In this document: positions 60,051 through 64,000 of the stretch, in pieces
Numbering within the stretch: position 1 is the first letter of the stretch
Layout: each line of letters starts with the position of its first letter
IMG/VR virus record: IMGVR_UViG_3300028591_000204
Span: 2,176-66,175 of that record
From: a virus
Taxonomy: Duplodnaviria; Caudoviricetes
Length of the DNA: 64,000 nucleotides
Reading direction: 5' to 3' (one strand)
The notes under the pieces: generated by a model
Seen by the model: only the letters and a program-made list of their open reading frames with translations
Database searches by the model: none
Told to the model about the DNA's origin: nothing
Made by a program: the position numbers and the translations under genes

Positions 60051-61130
60051 ATGAAAAATCAAAAATTGATTACAGCTGCAGATTTGACTGATATTCTTGA
60101 GTCACCATTTACAGATGATAAGGAGAGAATTAAGTATATCTCTCAGCACTACGGAAATATGAGCATTGCCAAAGCTTTTTCCGTTTATTATGGACTAGAT
60201 CTTGATGATGATAAGAAGTCCAATAAGAATGTTGTTAATAATATTGAACTCGGTAAAATTTATACTGGTACTGTCAAGGAGTTTACTAAGAATATTATGA
60301 CATTCGATGTTCCTGGCATAAAGGAGGAATTGATATGCAAAGAACCTTTTGCAACATGTATGGACAGTATCAGAAATTATCTCCTTACCCATGATAATAA
60401 ACTTATGTTTGAGGTTCGTGAAAAGGACCGTGATAAGTATTATGTAAGTGTTATCAATGCTTACTATAAGGCATGGGAAAATCTTATTAAAAAGGCTATT
60501 GACCATGAGGATGGTATCAATGTTCACATTGATGAACTTGTAAAGGGTGGTTATGTATGTCATACAGACATTACTACACTTACTGAACTTACTGGTAAAA
60601 AGTACATTTCAAGTGTATTTATTCCTGGTTCACATATTGTTTTGAATATTGAGAGAGATTTTGAGAAGTGGATTGGTCAGGATGTAGTTATCGTTCCTCA
60701 GAAGTTTGTTGAATTCAAGAAGGACCTTAAGACTGGTTATACTGAGAATAGTCTTGTTGGTTCAAGAAAGAGAGTACTTCAGATTCTTGGTACTAAGAAT
60801 ATGTTTGACCTCTGGAATGATCTTGAGACTAAGAAGAAGCTTGCTTCTATTGCTAATAAGACTGAAGTCAAATCTGATGTCTATGAAGGAACTGTAACAG
60901 GTATTATTAACTCTAATAAGAAGACTGGTATCTTCGTTGAGCTTAATGGAAAGTATATCACAGGCCTTATGCCTATTGATACTTCTGAGCTTCTTGATTA
61001 TCGTCCTGGTGACGCAATCAATGTAAGAATTGCTGAGTTCGAAGTTCAGGAAGGAAAAGATCCTTTCGTATTGAACAAGAAAAATCAGGTTGTTAAATGT
61101 AATGTACGACCAGTTTTCGAAGTTGCATAA
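60051..61130 (+). CDS. Ribosomal protein S1-like protein (about three S1/OB domains)
   Basis: IELGKIYTGTVK, VKGGY...FIPGSH...KWIGQ, YEGTVTGI...GIFVEL...GLMP...PGDAINVRI. Confidence 0.8.
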   Translation: MKNQKLITAADLTDILESPFTDDKERIKYISQHYGNMSIAKAFSVYYGLDLDDDKKSNKNVVNNIELGKIYTGTVKEFTKNIMTFDVPGIKEELICKEPFATCMDSIRNYLLTHDNKLMFEVREKDRDKYYVSVINAYYKAWENLIKKAIDHEDGINVHIDELVKGGYVCHTDITTLTELTGKKYISSVFIPGSHIVLNIERDFEKWIGQDVVIVPQKFVEFKKDLKTGYTENSLVGSRKRVLQILGTKNMFDLWNDLETKKKLASIANKTEVKSDVYEGTVTGIINSNKKTGIFVELNGKYITGLMPIDTSELLDYRPGDAINVRIAEFEVQEGKDPFVLNKKNQVVKCNVRPVFEVA

Positions 61131-61131
61131 A

Positions 61132-61160
61132 AAAAGAGAGGTTTTAATAACCTCTCTTTT
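61132..61160. terminator. Bidirectional intrinsic terminator
   Basis: AAAAGAGAGGTT/AACCTCTCTTTT inverted repeat between convergent genes. Confidence 0.85.
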
Positions 61161-61596
61161 ATTTTGTAATACTTATTACACCTGTATAACTATTTGTTCG
61201 TTTATTATATAAAATAGTTCCAGAATATAATTTTTCTTCACCTGTTGATGGATCTATATAAGTAAAATATTCTTCTTTACTTTCAATAGGAGGATTATAT
61301 TCTAAGTTGAATAAATCTCTTTCAGTATAAGTGAAGTATACATTATCATTTTCATCTTTCTTAATAGTATCAAAATATCTTATTTCTTCATTTTGATTAT
61401 TAATATAAGAATAATAAGATAAATAACCTTTTACTTCTTTAACTTCTGGATGATATTCAAGTTCCTTATTTAAAGTATTCTTTTCAGAAATAGTAAGTAT
61501 TCCATTATATGAATTGTTATCAGATATAATTTTACCTACATATTTTTTCTTATTTCCATCCTTGTCAATGTAATAAAATTTATCTTTATAAGCCAT
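61159..61596 (-). CDS. Small protein with YFxYxDxxG repeats (paralog of 62489-62905)
   Basis: Three units: YYIDKDGNKKKYVG, YYSYINNQNEEIRY, YFTYIDPSTGEEKLYSG. Confidence 0.65.
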   Translation of the reverse strand: MAYKDKFYYIDKDGNKKKYVGKIISDNNSYNGILTISEKNTLNKELEYHPEVKEVKGYLSYYSYINNQNEEIRYFDTIKKDENDNVYFTYTERDLFNLEYNPPIESKEEYFTYIDPSTGEEKLYSGTILYNKRTNSYTGVISITK

Positions 61597-61610
61597 AGTT
61601 ATGGAATAAT

Positions 61611-62471
61611 TTATTTGTTAAGGATTAATCTACCAGTAAATTTAACACCTGATTCTGAGTAACATGTAAGAGTACCTTCTGAACCTTTCTTAAGTTCATC
61701 TGTTGTTGCCTGTAACCAAACAATACCTTCACGACCAGTATTTGTATTTACAGTGAATACATCAGGAATTGATGAATACCAATAAAGCTGAGTATTAGTA
61801 ACATTATCTGGAGTAAGAGTATATGAAAGATCATATCTTTGACCAACATCAAGACGGATAGGCTGTTCAAATGCAATACTTGTTACTGGATAACGATTCT
61901 TATATTCAATAGTATGTTCATTATCTGCAAGTGCTTGCCATTTATTGAAATAATATGTACCTTCTTCATTACAGAATGTTACATCATAAATCTTTTCAAA
62001 AGCTCCTGAATATTCATTCTTTGTAAAGTATTCAGTATTACCATCAAGATTCATTTCTGAATAAGGAATTTCTTCATACTTTTCACCATTTGGAACAAAG
62101 ATATTTGTCTGTGATGGGAAAGTACAATAAATTGAAGGAATATTAGCTGATTCAAAATCAACTTCTTGTAATGATGTACAACCATCAAATGCTTCTTTAC
62201 CAATATATTCAATATTTTCACCAATAGGAATTCTTTCAAGAGATGTACAACCTTTGAATGCTCCTCTCTTAATTTTCTTAATTTCTGGTGGGAATGCTAT
62301 ATATGATAATTCTGTACAATTTTGGAATGCATAAGCACAAATTTCATCAGTATTATCAAGACCATATCTTACAACATGTGTATCAGCTTGAGCGAATGTA
62401 TGAGTATAAGGAACTTGACTTTTATCAGTAAGTTCTACATTTTCACCATCGATGATAAGTTTATTAATCAT
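61611..62471 (-). CDS. BspA-type LRR (LRR_5) protein with C-terminal Ig-like (Big_2) domain
   Basis: EICAYAFQNCTEL, IKRGAFKGCTSL, IGKEAFDGCTSL; then PVTSIAF...LTPDNVTNTQLYWYSS. Confidence 0.85.
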   Translation of the reverse strand: MINKLIIDGENVELTDKSQVPYTHTFAQADTHVVRYGLDNTDEICAYAFQNCTELSYIAFPPEIKKIKRGAFKGCTSLERIPIGENIEYIGKEAFDGCTSLQEVDFESANIPSIYCTFPSQTNIFVPNGEKYEEIPYSEMNLDGNTEYFTKNEYSGAFEKIYDVTFCNEEGTYYFNKWQALADNEHTIEYKNRYPVTSIAFEQPIRLDVGQRYDLSYTLTPDNVTNTQLYWYSSIPDVFTVNTNTGREGIVWLQATTDELKKGSEGTLTCYSESGVKFTGRLILNK

Positions 62472-62488
62472 AATTATATTATATAATT

Positions 62489-62905
62489 TTATTTTTCTTT
62501 AAAAATTGTTACAATTTCATCATGGAGAATATCTTCAGTAACTTCACCATAATATGAATTTGATTCTAAATCAAATTTAGGTTCACCAATAAATATTCTT
62601 TCTCTACCATAATTATCTTTGTATGAAAAATATTCATCAACATGTTCAACTGATTCTACTGTTGGATGATAATCTAAAATAACTTTATGTGTTGTAATAG
62701 TTTTACCAATATATGAACCATCTAAATCAGTAACAACAATACCTGAATATTTACATTTTTCACCATTACCATTAGTATATGAATAATATTCTGGTACTGG
62801 TTCCTGTCCTTCATGCTTTATTAAAGCAATTTTAATATTTCTTTTAATTCCAGCATTATTTGCTGTTGTATTTGAATTCTTATTTGAAAAGGAAAATGTT
62901 GCCAT
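62489..62905 (-). CDS. Small protein with YFxYxDxxG repeats (paralog of 61159-61596)
   Basis: YYSYTNGNGEKCKYSG and YFSYKDNYGRERIFIG; structural-gene motif at 62925-62938 upstream. Confidence 0.65.
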   Translation of the reverse strand: MATFSFSNKNSNTTANNAGIKRNIKIALIKHEGQEPVPEYYSYTNGNGEKCKYSGIVVTDLDGSYIGKTITTHKVILDYHPTVESVEHVDEYFSYKDNYGRERIFIGEPKFDLESNSYYGEVTEDILHDEIVTIFKEK

Positions 62906-62947
62906 ATTTTTATAATACCAATTTTATAATTAAAAATAAAATATAAA

Positions 62948-62975
62948 ATGAATTATTAGAAAATGATACTATATT
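62948..62975 (+). promoter_or_regulatory. Class A promoter-like element
   Basis: ATGAAT-16 nt-TATATT upstream of 63000. Confidence 0.5.
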
Positions 62976-62999
62976 AATCATGTAAAAACAAAGAATATT

Positions 63000-63740
63000 A
63001 TGGAGTATATTGGTAAATCTGATAAATTTTACACTCTCTGGGAAGTTAATACAGAAACCCGTACTACAATGCGTGGTGAGACTTATAGAGTTACTACTCA
63101 TCAGTATATCAAGAATATTTCTTTTGATCTTGTAAAAGCTACCAATAAATATCCTAATGCAATTCTTGATACTTCTCTTCGCGGTCATTCTTCTTGGACT
63201 TCTGTAGATTATCCAAAGCCTCCAGTTGATGAATTCCAGGGAGGTAAATATCGTGGAGATAAGATTGCTGAATGTACAGATTATCAATATCTACATTGGG
63301 CTTATGACCTTGGTTATATCATTCCTTGGGAAGCTAGAGAAATAGTTCTTGGAATTCTTGAATCACAAGGTTATAGGAAAATTAATGATACTCATATTGC
63401 TACTCCTGAAGAAGTAGAAAGAATCGAGAAGAGTTATACTGAATGTGAAGAAGCTCAGAAAACTTTAGAAGAGTTTGGTTCTATTAAGATTGTCGCCAAT
63501 AAGAATCTTGATGAATTTGGAAATTTGAGTATTGGAAATATCGAATTCAATTTTCCTAATTATAAAGAACTTGAATATGGTGGTTATTCTTATGGACTTC
63601 CTATTGATTCTAAAGGAAAAGCTAAAAGAATTAAGAATAAGGAAATTGAAATTATTCCTGAATCTTTTGAAATGGTTATCAGTGAATATGGTTGGGGTGC
63701 AACCCTTAATGTTGAAGTAAAAGATTTTAAAATTTTATAA
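63000..63740 (+). CDS. Hypothetical protein
   Basis: 246 aa ORF. Confidence 0.75.
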   Translation: MEYIGKSDKFYTLWEVNTETRTTMRGETYRVTTHQYIKNISFDLVKATNKYPNAILDTSLRGHSSWTSVDYPKPPVDEFQGGKYRGDKIAECTDYQYLHWAYDLGYIIPWEAREIVLGILESQGYRKINDTHIATPEEVERIEKSYTECEEAQKTLEEFGSIKIVANKNLDEFGNLSIGNIEFNFPNYKELEYGGYSYGLPIDSKGKAKRIKNKEIEIIPESFEMVISEYGWGATLNVEVKDFKIL

Positions 63741-63742
63741 TT

Positions 63743-63940
63743 ATGGCTTGTTTAGAAGATTATCCTATTATTGAAACTGCAATTAATTATGGTCTTAATG
63801 CTTGGGGAAAGCATGAAGCTATGGCTATTCAAATTGCAAGATTCTGGGTAGATGGTTGGCTTGAAGCTAACAAGGGTAAGGTATCTGAAGAAGATGCCAA
63901 GATTATTCGTCGTGGAGTTGATAATTGGATTTGGCTATAA
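63743..63940 (+). CDS. Hypothetical protein
   Basis: 65 aa ORF in the operon. Confidence 0.65.
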   Translation: MACLEDYPIIETAINYGLNAWGKHEAMAIQIARFWVDGWLEANKGKVSEEDAKIIRRGVDNWIWL

Positions 63941-63941
63941 T

Positions 63942-64000
63942 ATGGAAAAAACTCCTAAATTAATTAAAGATTGTAAAGTGGGAGATACACTTTACTATGT
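63942..64000 (+). CDS. Partial ORF truncated by the window end
   Basis: ATG one base after the previous stop; reads MEKTPKLIKDCKVGDTLYY with no stop before the edge. Confidence 0.5.
   Translation, partial: MEKTPKLIKDCKVGDTLYY

Noticed and set aside
60195-60563. 122 aa minus-strand ORF
   Set aside because: Antisense to the S1-domain gene; no independent signals.
62910-63287. 125 aa minus-strand ORF
   Set aside because: Overlaps both promoter motifs and the plus-strand 246 aa gene; composition typical of a spurious frame.
1-64000. Stop-codon recoding (TAG=Gln, as in Lak phages)
   Set aside because: Long structural and enzyme ORFs are intact in the standard code, and the 1105 aa gene ends at a TAG directly before the next promoter motif.

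Overview
A very AT-rich, densely coding 64 kb segment of a large tailed phage (jumbo/mega-phage style, T4-like myovirus morphogenesis genes), read in the standard genetic code. The likely host is Bacteroidota, inferred from BACON domains, Bacteroides-type small proteins and no obvious Shine-Dalgarno sequences. Recognisable genes: terminase large subunit, portal, baseplate spike/hub/wedge homologs, a gp15-like tail completion protein, a four-member paralogous fibre-like family, two LRR surface proteins, the N-terminal half of a split family B DNA polymerase, DEDDh exonuclease, TelA, ClpP, YqeY, an S1-domain protein, a GT2 glycosyltransferase and a P-loop kinase. Best leads: (1) a ~520 nt ORF-free, GC-enriched segment (about 19030-19550) with many complementary helices and its own terminator, a candidate large structured ncRNA; (2) unrelated small proteins sharing a T4-like capsid-targeting N-terminus (MKxLxxYIxE), including the kinase; (3) a 2x[4Fe-4S] ferredoxin-like domain inside a 2091 aa putative virion protein; (4) two promoter-like motif classes that separate structural from non-structural genes. 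All assignments are from motif recognition by eye; no database searches or folding programs were run.
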